Both the position numbers and the translations under genes were made by a program. Shown piece by piece: positions 12,800 to 25,221 of a stretch of DNA of 64,000 bases. The notes under the pieces were generated by a model that was not told the origin of the DNA, made no database searches, and saw nothing but the letters and a program-made list of their open reading frames with translations. How positions within the stretch are numbered: the first letter of the stretch is position 1; each line of letters begins with the position of its first letter. Source of the DNA: Macrostomum lignano (taxonomy: Eukaryota); NCBI GenBank assembly GCA_002269645.1, contig NIVC01000886.1:286358-350357 (forward strand), in the 5' to 3' direction.

Positions 12800-15700
12800 G
12801 TCTAATCCCACTTCCTTGTCCATGACCCCTCTACCATCTCTATATGATCCCTCTCTCCTATTTCTATGATCCCTCTGTCCAATCTCTATGATCCCTCTGT
12901 CCTATCTCTTTGATCCCTCTGTCTTATCTCTATGACCCCTCTCTCCCATCTCTATGACCTCTCTCTCCCATCTCTATGACCGCTCTCTCACATCTCTATG
13001 ACCCCTCTCTCCTATCTCTATGACCCCTCTCTCCCATCTCTATGACCCCTCTCTCACATCTCTATGACCCCTCTCTCCCATCTCTATGACCCCTCTCTCC
13101 CATCTCTATGACCCCTCTCTCCCATCTCTATGACCCCTCTCTCACATCTCTATGACCCCTCTCTCACATCTCTATGACCCCTCTCTCACATCTCTATGAC
13201 CCCTCTCTCCCATCTCTATGACCCCTCTCTCGCATCTCTATGACTCCTCTCTCCCATCTCTATGACCCCTCTCTCACATCTCTATGACCCCTCTCTCACA
13301 TCTCTATGACCCCTCTCTCCCATCTCTATGACCCCTCTCTCCCATCTCTATGACCCCTCTCTCCCATCTCTATGACCCCTCTCTCCCATCTCTATGACCC
13401 CTCTCTCTCCCATCTCTATGACCCCTCTCTCCCATCTCTATGACTCCTCTCTCCCATCTCTATGACCCCTCTCTCACATCTCTATGACCCCTCTCTCACA
13501 TCTCTATGACCCCTCTCTCACATCTCTATGACCCCTCTCTCCCATCTCTATGACCCCTCTCTCCCATCTCTATGACCCCTCTCTCACATCTCTATGACCC
13601 CTCTCTCCCATCTCTATGACTCCTCTCTCCCATCTCTATGACCCATCTCTCACGTCTCTATGACCCCTCTCTCCCATCTCTATGACCCCTCTCTCTCCCA
13701 TCTCTATGACCCCTCTCTCCCATCTCTATGACCTCTCTCCCATCTCTATGACCCCTCCCTCACATCTCTATGACCCCTCTCTCCCATCTCTATGACCCCT
13801 CTCTCCCATCTCTATGACCCCTCTCTCCCATCTCTATGACCCCTCTCTCACATCTCTATGACCCCTCTCTCACATCTCTATGACCCCTCTCTCACATCTC
13901 TATGACCCCTCTCTCCCATCTCTATGACCCCTCTCTCGCATCTCTATGACTCCTCTCTCCCATCTCTATGACCCCTCTCTCACATCTCTATGACCCCTCT
14001 CTCACATCTCTATGACCCCTCTCTCCCATCTCTATGACCCCTCTCTCCCATCTCTATGACCCCTCTCTCCCATCTCTATGACCCCTCTCTCCCATCTCTA
14101 TGACCCCTCTCTCTCCCATCTCTATGACCCCTCTCTCCCATCTCTATGACTCCTCTCTCCCATCTCTATGACCCCTCTCTCCCATCTCTATGACCCCTCT
14201 CTCACATCTCTATGACCCCTCTCTCCCATCTCTATGACCCCTCTCTCACATCTCTATGACCCCTCTCTCCCATCTCTATGACCCCTCTCTCCCATCTCTA
14301 TGACCCCTCTCTCCCATCTCTATGACCCCTCTCTCACATCTCTACGACCCCTCTCTCTCCCATCTCTATGACCCCTCTCTCCCATCTCTATGACTCCTCT
14401 CTCCCATCTCTATGACCCCTCTCTCACATCTCTATGACCCCTCTCTCACATCTCTATGACCCCTCTCTCACATCTCTATGACCCCTCTCTCCCATCTCTA
14501 TGACCCCTCTCTCCCATCTCTATGACCCCTCTCTCACATCTCTACGACCCCTCTCTCTCCCATCTCTATGACTCCTCTCTCCCATTTCTATGACCCATCT
14601 CTCACATCTCTATGACCCATCTCTCACATCTCTATGACTCCTCTCTCACATCTCTATGACCCATCTCTCACATCTCTATGACCCCTCTCTCACATCTCTA
14701 TGACCCCTCTCTCCCATCTCTATGACCCCTCTCTCTCCCATCTCTATGACCCCTCTCTCCCATCTCTATGACCTCTCTCCCATCTCTATGACCCCTCTCT
14801 CACATCTCTATGACCCCTCTCTCCCATCTCTATGACCCCTCTCTCACATCTCTATGACCCCTCTCTCACATCTCTATGACCCCTCTCTCACATCTCTATG
14901 ACCCCTCTCTCCCATCTCTATGACCCCTCTCTCACATCTCTATGACCCCTCTCTCCCATCTCTATGACCCCTCTCTCACATCTCTATGACCCCTCTCTCC
15001 CATCTCTATGACCCCTCTCTCACATCTCTATGACCCCTCTCTCACATCTCTATGACCCCTCTCTCCCATCTCTATGACCCCTCTCTCCCATCTCTATGAC
15101 CCCTCTCTCACATCTCTATGACCCCTCTCTCCCATCTCTATGACCCCTCTCTCCCATCTCTATGACCCCTCTCTCACATCTCTATGACCCCTCTCTCCCA
15201 TCTCTATGACCCCTCTCTCACATCTCTATGACCCCTCTCTCCCATCTCTATGACCCCTCTCTCACATCTCTATGACCTCTCTCTCCCATTTCTATGACCC
15301 CTCTCTCACATCTCTATGACCCCTCTCTCCCATCTCTATGACTCCTCTCTCCCATCTCTATGACCCCTCTCTCTCCCATCTCTATGACCCCTCTCTCCCA
15401 TCTCTATGACCCCTCTCTCCCGTCTCTATGACCCCTCTCTCCCATCTCCATGACCCCTCTCTCACATCTCTATGACCCCTCTCTCCCATTTCTATGACCC
15501 CTCTCTCACATCTCTATGACCCCTCTCTCCCATCTCTATGACTCCTCTCTCACATCTCTATGAACCATCTCTCACATCTCTATGACCCCTCTCTCACATC
15601 TCTATGACCCCTCTCTCCCATCTCTATGACCCCTCTCTCTCCCATCTCTATGACCCCTCTCTCCCATCTCTATGACCTCTCTCCCATCTCTATGACCCCT

Positions 15701-16100
15701 CTCTCACATCTCTATGACCCCTCTCTCCCATCTCTATGACCCATCTCTCACATCTCTATGACCCCTCTCTCCAATCTCTATGACCCCTTTCTCTCCCATC
15801 TACATGACTCCTCTCTCCTATCTACATGACCCCTCTCTCACATTTCTATGACCCCTCTCTCTCTCCCATCTCTATGATCCCTCTCTCTCCCATCTACATG
15901 ACCCCTCTCTCACATTTCTATGACCCCTCTCTCTCTCCCATCTCTATGATCCCTCTCTCTCCCATCTACATGACTCCTCTCTCACATCTCTATGACCCCT
16001 CTCTCACTGCATCTTTATGAACCCTCTCTCACATCTCTATGAACCCTCTTTCACATCTCTATGATCCCTCTCTCTACCATCTACATGATCCCTCTCCCAC
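12800..16100. repeat. 22-bp CT-rich minisatellite (CTCTATGACCCCTCTCTCCCAT), ~150 copies, ending ~200 bp upstream of the TMEM26 ATG
   Basis: Period 22 (13021 to 13043), with CCCAT/CACAT variants and diverged edges. Confidence 0.97.
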
Positions 16101-16310
16101 ATCCAAATACTTCATGATCTCCATGATACTTTATGATCTTCAGTGGACAATCCATAGCTAACCAATCCTGTGCCACCAGTTCAAATCCCAACAAATTTAT
16201 CGATAGATATCGACGTAGGAAGCACTAAAGAGCATCCACTGGTGCCACGCAGACTCCGTCATTTAAGTTCCACACTGGAACCGATCCTACTAGAACACGG
16301 TAGCACAATC

Positions 16311-17887
16311 ATGACAACAGAGCGCGGTAGAATCGCGGAAGCGGTGCTCCGTTCCGTGATCGCCAGACTGCTAATGATGCTTCACGGAGTGCTGTGCGTC
16401 TTCCAGACTAATCCGTTTCAAAAGAGCAGCTTGAACTTTGTGTTCGCTTTGCCTTTGGCTGTCCTGCCTGTTGAAGGCGTCATGACTTGGAAAGTGCTGC
16501 GTGGGAAGGAATGGAAGTGGTGAGTCAGGATCTGGGGTAAGACATGAGGGAGCTGGGTATAGGGAATGGGAGAGGGTGACCATGGGGGAGGGTAGACAAA
16601 TCGGGGAGGGTAAAGAATCGGGGAAGGTAAAGAATCAGGGAGGGTAGAGAATCGGAGAGGGTGAAGAATCGGGGAGTTTAGAGAATCGGAGAGGGTAGAG
16701 AATCGGGGAGGGTAAATAATCCGGGAGGGTAGAGAATCGGGGAGGGTAAATAATCCGGGAGGGTAGAGAATCGGAGAGGGTAGAGAATCAGGGAGGGTAG
16801 AGAATCGGAGAGGGTGAAGAATCAGGGAGGGTAGAGAATCGGAGAGGGTAGATAATCAGGGAGGGTAGAGAATCGGAGAGGGTAGATAATCCGAGAGGGT
16901 AGAGAATCGGAGAGGGTAGAGAATCCGAGAGGGTAGAGAATCGGAGAGGGTAGAGAATCGGGGAGGGTAGAGAATCGGGGAGGGTAAATAATCCGGGAGG
17001 GTAGAGAATCGGAGAGGGTAGAGAATCAGGGAGGGTAGAGAATCGAAGAGGGTGAAGAATCAGGGAGGGTAGAGAATCGGAGAGGGTGAAGAATCAAGGA
17101 GGGTAGAGAATCGGAGAGGGTAGATAATCAGGGAGGGTAGAGAATCGGAGAGCGTGAAGAATCAGGGAGGGTAGAGAATCAGGGAGGGTAGAGAATCGGA
17201 GAGGGTAGATAATCCGAGAGGGTAGAGAATCGGGGAGGGTAAAGAATCGGGATGGTAGAGAATCGGGGAGGGTAAAGAATCGGGATGGTAGAGAATCGGG
17301 GAGGGTAGAGAATCGGGGAGGGTAAGGAATCGGGATGGTAGAGAATCGGGGAGGGTAGAGAATCGGGGAGGGTGGAGAATCAGTGGTAGAAAAAGTAAAA
17401 GCAATTAGTCACAGTCAATGTCTAAGAATGCTATGGGTTTCAAGGCCTAACATACTTAGAGAATTAAAGAAGCCCACCACAACTCACTACTCCCTGGCAG
17501 ATTTCCTAATCGACTTTCCATTTTCTAATTCAATTATGAAGAGTAGTATAAATTCTTTTTTTCTGAAAGTTTCCTGCATTAGCCAACACTGACAGTGAGA
17601 GAGGAGACAGAATCTGGAAGTTGAAACTTCTCGCTAGGGCTTATCTGATACTGACATTATCAATATCCCGAATAAAGCTTTCTCTGCAGCCAACTATCCC
17701 AAAAACGAAAGGCAGGGAAGTTCTGCTTTCTCACGAACAGGAAATTTGATGGCGTCAGCAATCGCGTGGAAAATCCATCTCGAATGGGATTTACAAACCT
17801 CTGGGCGAGTTTGGGGAGATGAAATTAATATCTGACTCGGATTTAATGTTAAGAGTGGACTTAGTGTAACTATCTATCTATATATCA

Positions 17888-17945
<58 letters not shown>

Positions 17946-17970
17946 CGTATCAATCTATCTACCTATCTAC

Positions 17971-18009
<39 letters not shown>

Positions 18010-18046
18010 CCTATCTAATCTATTTATCTATTTATCTATCTATCTC

Positions 18047-18091
<45 letters not shown>

Positions 18092-18093
18092 TC

Positions 18094-18188
<95 letters not shown>

Positions 18189-18189
18189 C

Positions 18190-18250
<61 letters not shown>

Positions 18251-20523
18251 CCCAACCCTCAGGGTGTGCCCATGTGTAATACTCTACCTGGTGGCAGTGA
18301 TCCCCCCAGTCTGGATAGCGGAGTTCGACCTGGTGATAATCTATCGCGTGCTCAACGGCTCCGAAGCCACGGACGCTTCGGAGGACGCAGCCTTCTTGAT
18401 CGGCCACGGCCGACGAAATTTGTCGGCTCATCCGGAAAAGGTGTGTTCAGTGAGCTACTGTTAGTAGCGCTGTTGGGATGTTTTCAAAGTTTCATAGTGA
18501 GAGACGAAGAAACGGCAAGATTGTGTCTAATATTTCCATAGATTTTTAAGCGCTCTGGTGTAAGACTAAGAAAATGAAGTTAAAGAAATTTGGGGTGACA
18601 CTAAGATTTTGAGACACTGATATTTTTAGATACTGGGCTTTTGAAACACTGAGAGTTTGAGACACTGAAAGAGACTTAAGACACTGAGATAGAGTGACAT
18701 TTGAGACACTGAGTGAGATTTTGAGACACTGAGTGAGATTTTGAGACACTGAGTGAGGTTTTGAGACACTGAGTAAGATTTTGAGACACTGAGTGAGATT
18801 TTGAGACACTGAGTGAGATTTTGAGACACTGAGTGAGATTTTGAGACACTGAGTGAGATTTTGAGACACTGAGTGAGATTTTGAGACACTGAGTGAGCTT
18901 TTGAGACACCGACTGAGATTTTGAGACAGTGAGTGAGATTTTGAGATACTGAGACAGAGTGAGACTTTGAGACAGTGAAACAAAGTGAGACTTTGAGTAA
19001 AGCTGATTTTCATCACAAACGTTTTACATGTATATTGCACAGTCCCTCCTGGGCATCGACACTGGGCTCAGCTTCAAAGAGGAGACCCGCATTCTGATGG
19101 AGGAGATCCTGCTGCTCGTGCTCATCATTGGCCGCTGGATTCTGCCCCGCCAGCAGATCTCCAAGGAGCAGAAGTCCGCCCTGCTCATTGGGTACATCGG
19201 CATGTCTGCTGACATTCTGGAGCTCTATGAATACTTCAAGGATGACAGGTAATAATAGAAAGCGGACTGGGGGAGATTGCAGAGCAGCTGGTATGCACAC
19301 CTGGGTTCGAGTCTGGTCTCTATGTTTGAGCCCAAAAGGCACACAGAGAGTGTACATTCCTGACGATTAGAAAGTCAGGGGACATGCCTAAGTACTTAGA
19401 GGGGGGCGCCAAAGCTACTGCAGAGAGGGGGCGCCAAAGCTACTGCAGAGGGGGTTGGCGCCGAAGCTACTGCAGAGAGGGGGCGCAAAAGCTACTGCAG
19501 AGAGAGAAGCCAAAGCTACTGCAGAGGTGGGGGACTCCAAAGCTACTGCAGAGGGGGACGCCAAAGCTACTAAAGAGGGGGGCGCCAAAACTACTGCAGA
19601 GGGGGCGCAAAAGCTACTGCAGAGGGGGACGCCAAAGCTACTAAAGAGGGGGGGCGCCAAAGCTACTGCAGAGGTGGGGGGCGCAAAAGCTACTGTAGAG
19701 GGGGACGCCAAAGCTACTGCAGAGGGGGACGCCAAAGCTACTAAAGAGGGGGGGCGCCAAAGCTACTGCAGAGGGGGCGCCAAAGCTACTGCAGAAAGGG
19801 GCGCCAAAGCTACTGCAGAAAGGGGCGCCAAAGCTACTGCAGAGAGAGGGCGACAAAGCTACTGCAGAGAGGGGCGCCAAAGCTACTGCAGAAGGGGCGC
19901 CAAAGCTACTGCAGAAAGGGGCGCCAAAGCTACTGCAGAGGGGGGCGCCAAAGCTACTGCAGAGGGGGCGCAAAAGCTACTGCAGAGGGGGCGACAAAGC
20001 TACTGCAAATGGGGGCGCCAAAGCTACTGCAGAGAAGGGTGGATCAAAGCTACTACAATGGTCAGCAGGGAATCGAACCCCTGTAAACCCACCAACCCAC
20101 AGGCTGAAGACCAACCAGACCATCATCACCATCCTTCTATCCGTGTGGACCAGCGCCATGCTGCAGTTCGTTTTCGTCTTCACTGCCAGGCGGGTTGTCG
20201 GTGGAAATCCCAGCAGCTTCGGCAGCCTCCTGGTCAACACGGACATGTGGGCCATTGTCTGCAACCTGCTGCTGCAGGACGCACTGTTTCTGGCTGTCCG
20301 ATTCTACCTGCTGGTGAAGTACGCGATTGTGAGCGAGACTAGCGTGTTCTTTCTGGTGAAGAACAGCCTGCTAACTGTGCTCATCCTGCACCGGATTCAC
20401 TCGCTCATTGTCGAATGGAGAATTGAACGGTGCCAGAATCGCCAGCTTCATCACCCGGAGGCTGGGGTTATATCTGCTCCTGGGAATGCAGATTCGAATG
20501 GACCGCCTGCGGTGCCAGTCTGA
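16311..20523 (+). CDS. TMEM26: Transmembrane protein 26; exons 16311-16519, 18263-18440, 19043-19248, 20103-20523; 337 aa
   Basis: Exon peptides match TMEM26 motifs: [10 protein letters not shown]...[40 protein letters not shown]...[15 protein letters not shown]...QDALFLAVR...FFLVKN. GT-AG junction phases (2,0,2) sum to 1014 nt. An alternative in-phase exon 2 donor exists at 18449/18450. Confidence 0.9.
16580..17385. repeat. 17-bp G-rich minisatellite (GAGGGTAGAGAATCGGG), TMEM26 intron 1
   Basis: Period 17 (16931, 16948, 16965). Confidence 0.95.
17870..18250. repeat. (TATC)n microsatellite abutting the TMEM26 exon 2 acceptor
   Basis: Directly visible, ~380 bp. Confidence 0.98.
18600..18990. 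repeat. 20-bp minisatellite (TTTTGAGACACTGAGTGAGA), TMEM26 intron 2
   Basis: Exact 20-bp register in 18721-18900. Confidence 0.95.
19400..20055. repeat. ~24-bp minisatellite (GGCGCCAAAGCTACTGCAGAGGGG), TMEM26 intron 3; second copy at 38634-38892
   Basis: AAAGCTACTGCAGA core with a variable G run; the long ORFs here are repeat translations. Confidence 0.95.
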
Positions 20524-20599
20524 ATGGTGGTCTGGGAAATCAAAGAATGACTGAGTGATTGAGAATTGCACAGCTTGTGCTGATATTGCAGTTGCTTGG

Positions 20600-21400
20600 G
20601 AATTACTGCGGCTCTTTGATGCCCCTTCATTCCCTCTCTCTCTGTTCCTTAATTTCCTATCTTCTCTGTCCCTTCATTCCCTCTCTCTGTTCCTTCATTC
20701 CCTCTCTCTCTGTCCCTTCATTCCTCTCTCTGTCCCTCCATTGTTTCTCTCTCTGTTCCTTCATTCCCTCTCTCTCTGTCCCTTCATTCCCTCTCTCTCT
20801 GTCCCTTCATTCCCTCTCTCTCTGTCCCTTCATTCCCTCTCTCTCTGTCCCTTCATTCCCTCTCTCTCTGTCCCTTCATTCCCTCTCTCTGTTCCTTCAT
20901 TCCCTCTCTCTCTGTCCCTTCATTCCTCTCTGTGTCCCTCCATTGTTTCTCTCTCTGTTCCTTCATTCCCTCTCTCTCTTTCCCTTCATTCCCTCTCTCT
21001 GTTCCTTCATTCCCTCTCTCTCTGTCCCTTCATTCCTCTCTGTGTCCCTCCATTGTTTCTCTCTCTGTTCCTTCATTCCCTCTCTCTCTTTCCCTTCATT
21101 CCCTCTCTCTCTGTCCCTTCATTCCCTCTCTCTCTGTCCCTTCATTCCCTCTCTCTCTGTCCCTTCATTCCCTCTCTCTCTGTCCCTTCATTCCCTCTCT
21201 CTCTGTTCCTTCATTCCCTCTCTCTCTCTCTGTCCCTTCATTCCCTCTCTCTCTCTGTCCCTTCATTCCCTCTCTCTCTGTCCCTTCATTCCCTCTCTCT
21301 CTGTTCCTTCATTCCCTCTCTCTCTCTGTCCCTTCATTCCCTCTCTCTCTGTCCCTTCATTCCCTCTCTCTCTGTCCCTTCATTCCCTCTCTCTCTGTCA
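20600..21400. repeat. ~23-bp CT minisatellite (CCTTCATTCCCTCTCTCTCTGTC) after the TMEM26 stop; paralog at 39450-40350 includes pure (CT)n runs
   Basis: Period 23 at 21121, 21144, 21167. Confidence 0.95.
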
Positions 21401-22872
21401 TTTCTTCATCTCAATCCCCCTTCATCTCCCATCAATTCCTCCGTTCATCTCTCTGCTTTTTACTTGACTTATTAAAGTCGTGGTTCTGTACTTATTTATA
21501 CTTTAATCTTTTATACTTTTCTCGAAAAGACAATTTGCTCGTAAGATGCAGTAAGCGTGTTTCTCTTTTGTCTGTCCTACTCAAACTTTAATGTTTTTTC
21601 TTTAAAGAAAACCAGAAATAAAACTAAAACAATTTAAAACCGAAAGCATTGGATTTACAACGTCAAGGCGAATTCTTGGCACAGCTGTCAACACTTGCTG
21701 TATTGGGGTTGAAATTTCCCACTTTATTCCTCTGGATTTGCGGTGCATTGTTAGCTGGGATGGCAGCTGCATGCGCTGGGGGAGTCTTGGGGATCGGTTT
21801 TTTATTGCCTTCTGGACTCGGCACCTCTCGTTGGCGGCTCATAAAGCGCAGGCAAGCGTGCGGAGGTGGGGCTGCGGGGGTGCTTTTGGACTCCGGGGAG
21901 GAATCCAAGCCCAGAAATCCATCGCCGCGCATGGACTGCTAGAGTAATTATAGTTAGCATCTGGATTGGAAACATCTACTTCTGAATTGGAACTAATTGC
22001 TATTCATTTCAATGGGAATTAATATTATTAGCTAAACTGATAAGTCGATAAATAAACCCTACAAAGTGTAAAGAAAAAACACTGATAACATGGAAACCAT
22101 GAGAACAATTTTTAACAAGAAAAAATCATTAAAAACAAAAATCGGGAAAAGATGAGAACAGCGATACTACAAAGTATGAGAACCATGAGAACAACTTTGA
22201 GAAACATGAGAACAACTATAAGAACCATGAGAACAACTATGAGAACCATTAGAACAGCTTTGAGAACCATGAGAAAAACATAACTGCATCGATCTATGTT
22301 ACCCATGAGGACAAAATAAATTAAGAGAATTATGAGAACAAGAGAATCATGAACAGAACCAAATGCTCGAATCTGTTGTGTATTGAACAATGAAGTTAGT
22401 TACTATAGAATACAAAATATATGGCAAAATATATTAATTTCATTAACAATTTTTTCCACAACTCTGCTTAATCCATCATGCCGATCCATATTCTGCAACT
22501 CTGGTTCGCCATGGCCCGCGGCCCGGCGGTCTTATAACAAGAAAGAAAAAATCAATTTCTATATTTTTCAATCCTCAATATTCAAGGGTCAACAAAAGCA
22601 ACGGAAATTGAAGGAGTTGTAAAACTGCAAGATGACTGGGGTGGGGGCGTCAGGATCCACTTCTTTAGTGCGGGATTGAGTCTTCAACAGAAGAGGGGAG
22701 AAGGAAAATCTAAAGTTGTAAAATTCCTTCAACCTACCTGTATTTGCTGGAGCGTTATTAACAAGCGCAAAATCTGTTACACACACAAGCCTCTCTCCAT
22801 TTCTCCCATTTTTGCTGGGAAGATTTTCCCCGGGCGAAAGAAAGCAAAAATCTTCCAACAGATGTTCCCACG

Positions 22873-23217
22873 TTTTTTTTATTAGAGGCAGGGGGTTGTG
22901 TGCACCCTGGCGCAATTTAAGCGTCATTGGCACACAACCGGCGAGAGGCATTACTGCCCATTCCGCCGACTCCCCTGAGCAGGCGGATACGTTACGCAGG
23001 CACACACTCACACAGGAGTGTACAGCGGCCCTAACTTTATCAATTGTTAGGCATGTACACTTCACTGCTCCTTGGGGGGTTGGTTCTCAAGGCCGTTAAT
23101 TGCACAAGCGAGCCAAGCCGAGATTCCAATTCAGCCCCAAATTAATGTGACTGCACTTGGAATCGAGCCTGGGTCGCGGCACACCAGAGCAGCTGCGCTA
23201 CCGCTGGGCTACGGCCC
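22873..23217 (-). mobile_element. tRNA-derived SINE with poly(A) tail and target-site duplication
   Basis: Minus-strand head GGGGCCGTAGCCCAGCGGTAGCGC...GGCTCGATTCC (A and B boxes), tail AATAAAAAAAA, flanked by CCCACGTTT at 22867-22875 and 23217-23225. Confidence 0.8.
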
Positions 23218-23627
23218 CCACGTTTCCCACGTTAAATGTTCCCACGTTAAATGTTCCCACGTTAAATGTTCCCACGTTAAATGTTAAATGTTCCCACGTT
23301 TAGTTCAACTAGAAATTTCGCTCTAAAAATAGTCGCAATTGTTTGTCCTTGCGGCTCGTAGCAAAGATTCTATTGGGCCTATGGTTGCGAGGCCCAGCCA
23401 ACGGGAGAAGACCCTACAGAGGGCAGAGAAGAGAAGTTCATTAGCTATAAAAAGAAGAGCTTTGGGCGGGTAGAGAAGTTTTAAGACTACACTCGTACCT
23501 CATATTTAAATTATAATTAAATTATATTTCTTTAATAAATTATATTAATAAATTTATTTTAATTATAATTTAAATTGTTCTTCTTCAAAGCTCTTCTGTT
23601 GCGCCTTTTGAACAACGCGGCGGCGAC

Positions 23628-23921
23628 ATGGGTAAAATTTTCATCATTGATTTTGCAATTAATTCATTTAATTACTTAATAGAAAATCCTGAAACGATTG
23701 TTAAAATTAGAGATTTTTTCATTAATATTTCTCATGGAATAAGAAGTGACACTTCACTAGGAAGAGTTACTGCTGTTGTCCTTAGGCAAGCGGCTAATTG
23801 TTTATGGAATTATTTTGAAGAAAATCCCAATAGGATTTTTGAAACTATTAAGTATATATTAAGAATATTTCAAATCTTATATTTCTTAGTGATCGGCGCT
23901 ATTATCAAAATACAATCTTGA
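23628..23921 (+). CDS. Hypothetical 97-aa AT-rich ORF with hydrophobic C-terminus, downstream of a TATA box
   Basis: TATAAAA at 23446-23452, possible AT-rich 5'UTR intron 23495-23590, ATG context GGCGACATGG. No recognisable homology. Confidence 0.35.
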   Translation: MGKIFIIDFAINSFNYLIENPETIVKIRDFFINISHGIRSDTSLGRVTAVVLRQAANCLWNYFEENPNRIFETIKYILRIFQILYFLVIGAIIKIQS

Positions 23922-25221
23922 AATTATAATTATAATATTAAAAAAAATTGATATTGAAAAATAAATTGATAATTAAAAAATAAATTGATAATTAAAAAAT
24001 AAATTGATAATTAAAAAAAATTACAAATATATCCAGAAAGCTACGAGCGTAGAAGAAGATACTGTACGAACGTAGCTCTCGCACTGCTGTTTTTTGACTC
24101 ACCAAAAAAAGAAAAAAAACTTGCAAATAGCTATATATATCCAGATAGCTACAGAAGATACTTTACGAGAGTAGCTTTGCACTGTTGTTTTTGGCTCACC
24201 AAAAAAAGAAAAAAGGCAAAAAAAGTAACGTATAGCTAAAAGTAAAAAAAAAATACAAAAGGAGGAAAAAAACAGCAGTGCGCGGATCCACAGACAGCAG
24301 CCTTCCCGTGGCGATCCGTGTGAGTAGCTTTTTCAGTGACTGCCAAAAGCCAAGCTGAACGCCTGGGCGTCACTGCAAAGCGAAACCAATGGCTGTCTAA
24401 CAAAAAAAATGATGATAAATTCTGGTGCCTCAAGTAGTTATAGTAAATTTAGAAAAATCTGAATTAATACTTGCTATCAGCAAAGTAGGTGTCATGACAT
24501 AAAGGGTCATTTTTGACATATTCAGGGCAATTTTTTACTTCCTCCATCATACCAGTAGTTCTATATTGATTATTCAAAAAATCAATGGAAACAGCGCAGT
24601 GGTCAACTTAGTTCGAAGATCTTCCAACATAATAATTTTACCTGCCACACCTGCTCAATCATCCCTTTATCCATTTTCAATATGTATAATTCTTTAAACT
24701 TCATTCAATTCGCTGTCAAAACCAGGTCCCAACAGCTTTCAACCATCAGTTCAGGGTCCTTGTCGTGACACTATACGAATATGTTTCCAGTAGTTTCTAC
24801 GCTTATTATTAATAGTACAGTAATAAGTATATAATGTTTACCAATGTAGCTTCTATTCTGGAAACTTCTGCGCTCTCCCCATATGCTAAAAATAGTAACA
24901 TATTCTAGAAACCTCTCTCGCGCAGCATCCCAAGGCTTTAAGTAGAAACGCCCCTTATTGAAATACACACTTCTCCTCACTGCCGAGCACTCTGTTGGCC
25001 TGGTTAACTTGTAGCGAGTGAATCAAAGCGCAGTGGAATTAACTTTGGCTAAAAGATACTCCCCCTCCTAGATGAAGTACATCACTATGCATTAGATAAT
25101 CGGAGACAAAAAGTTTGAACAGTGAAGGGGAACGAGTAGGCAAGCAATGCATATGTCATAGGTTGATCGGTTAAAGCACTGTTTAAGTATTGCTAGGTGT
25201 ACTGTCCTTCTGGAAGACTTG

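Larger units (their letters stand above)
19400..22860 (+). repeat. Segmental duplication copy 1 (intron-3 minisatellite, TMEM26 exon 4, CT repeat, ~1.4 kb unique 3' flank); copy 2 at ~38634-42358
   Basis: Near-identical colinear text, e.g. TTAAAGTCGTGGTTCTGTACT at ~21471 and ~40504, and GCTGGGAAGATTTTCCCCGGGCGAAAGA at ~22814 and ~42317. Confidence 0.93.

Noticed and set aside
22600-22860. Antisense exon with a strong donor (CAG|GTAGGT near 22738) present in both duplicated blocks
   Set aside because: The two copies diverge in reading frame downstream, no homology is recognisable, and no partner exons were found.
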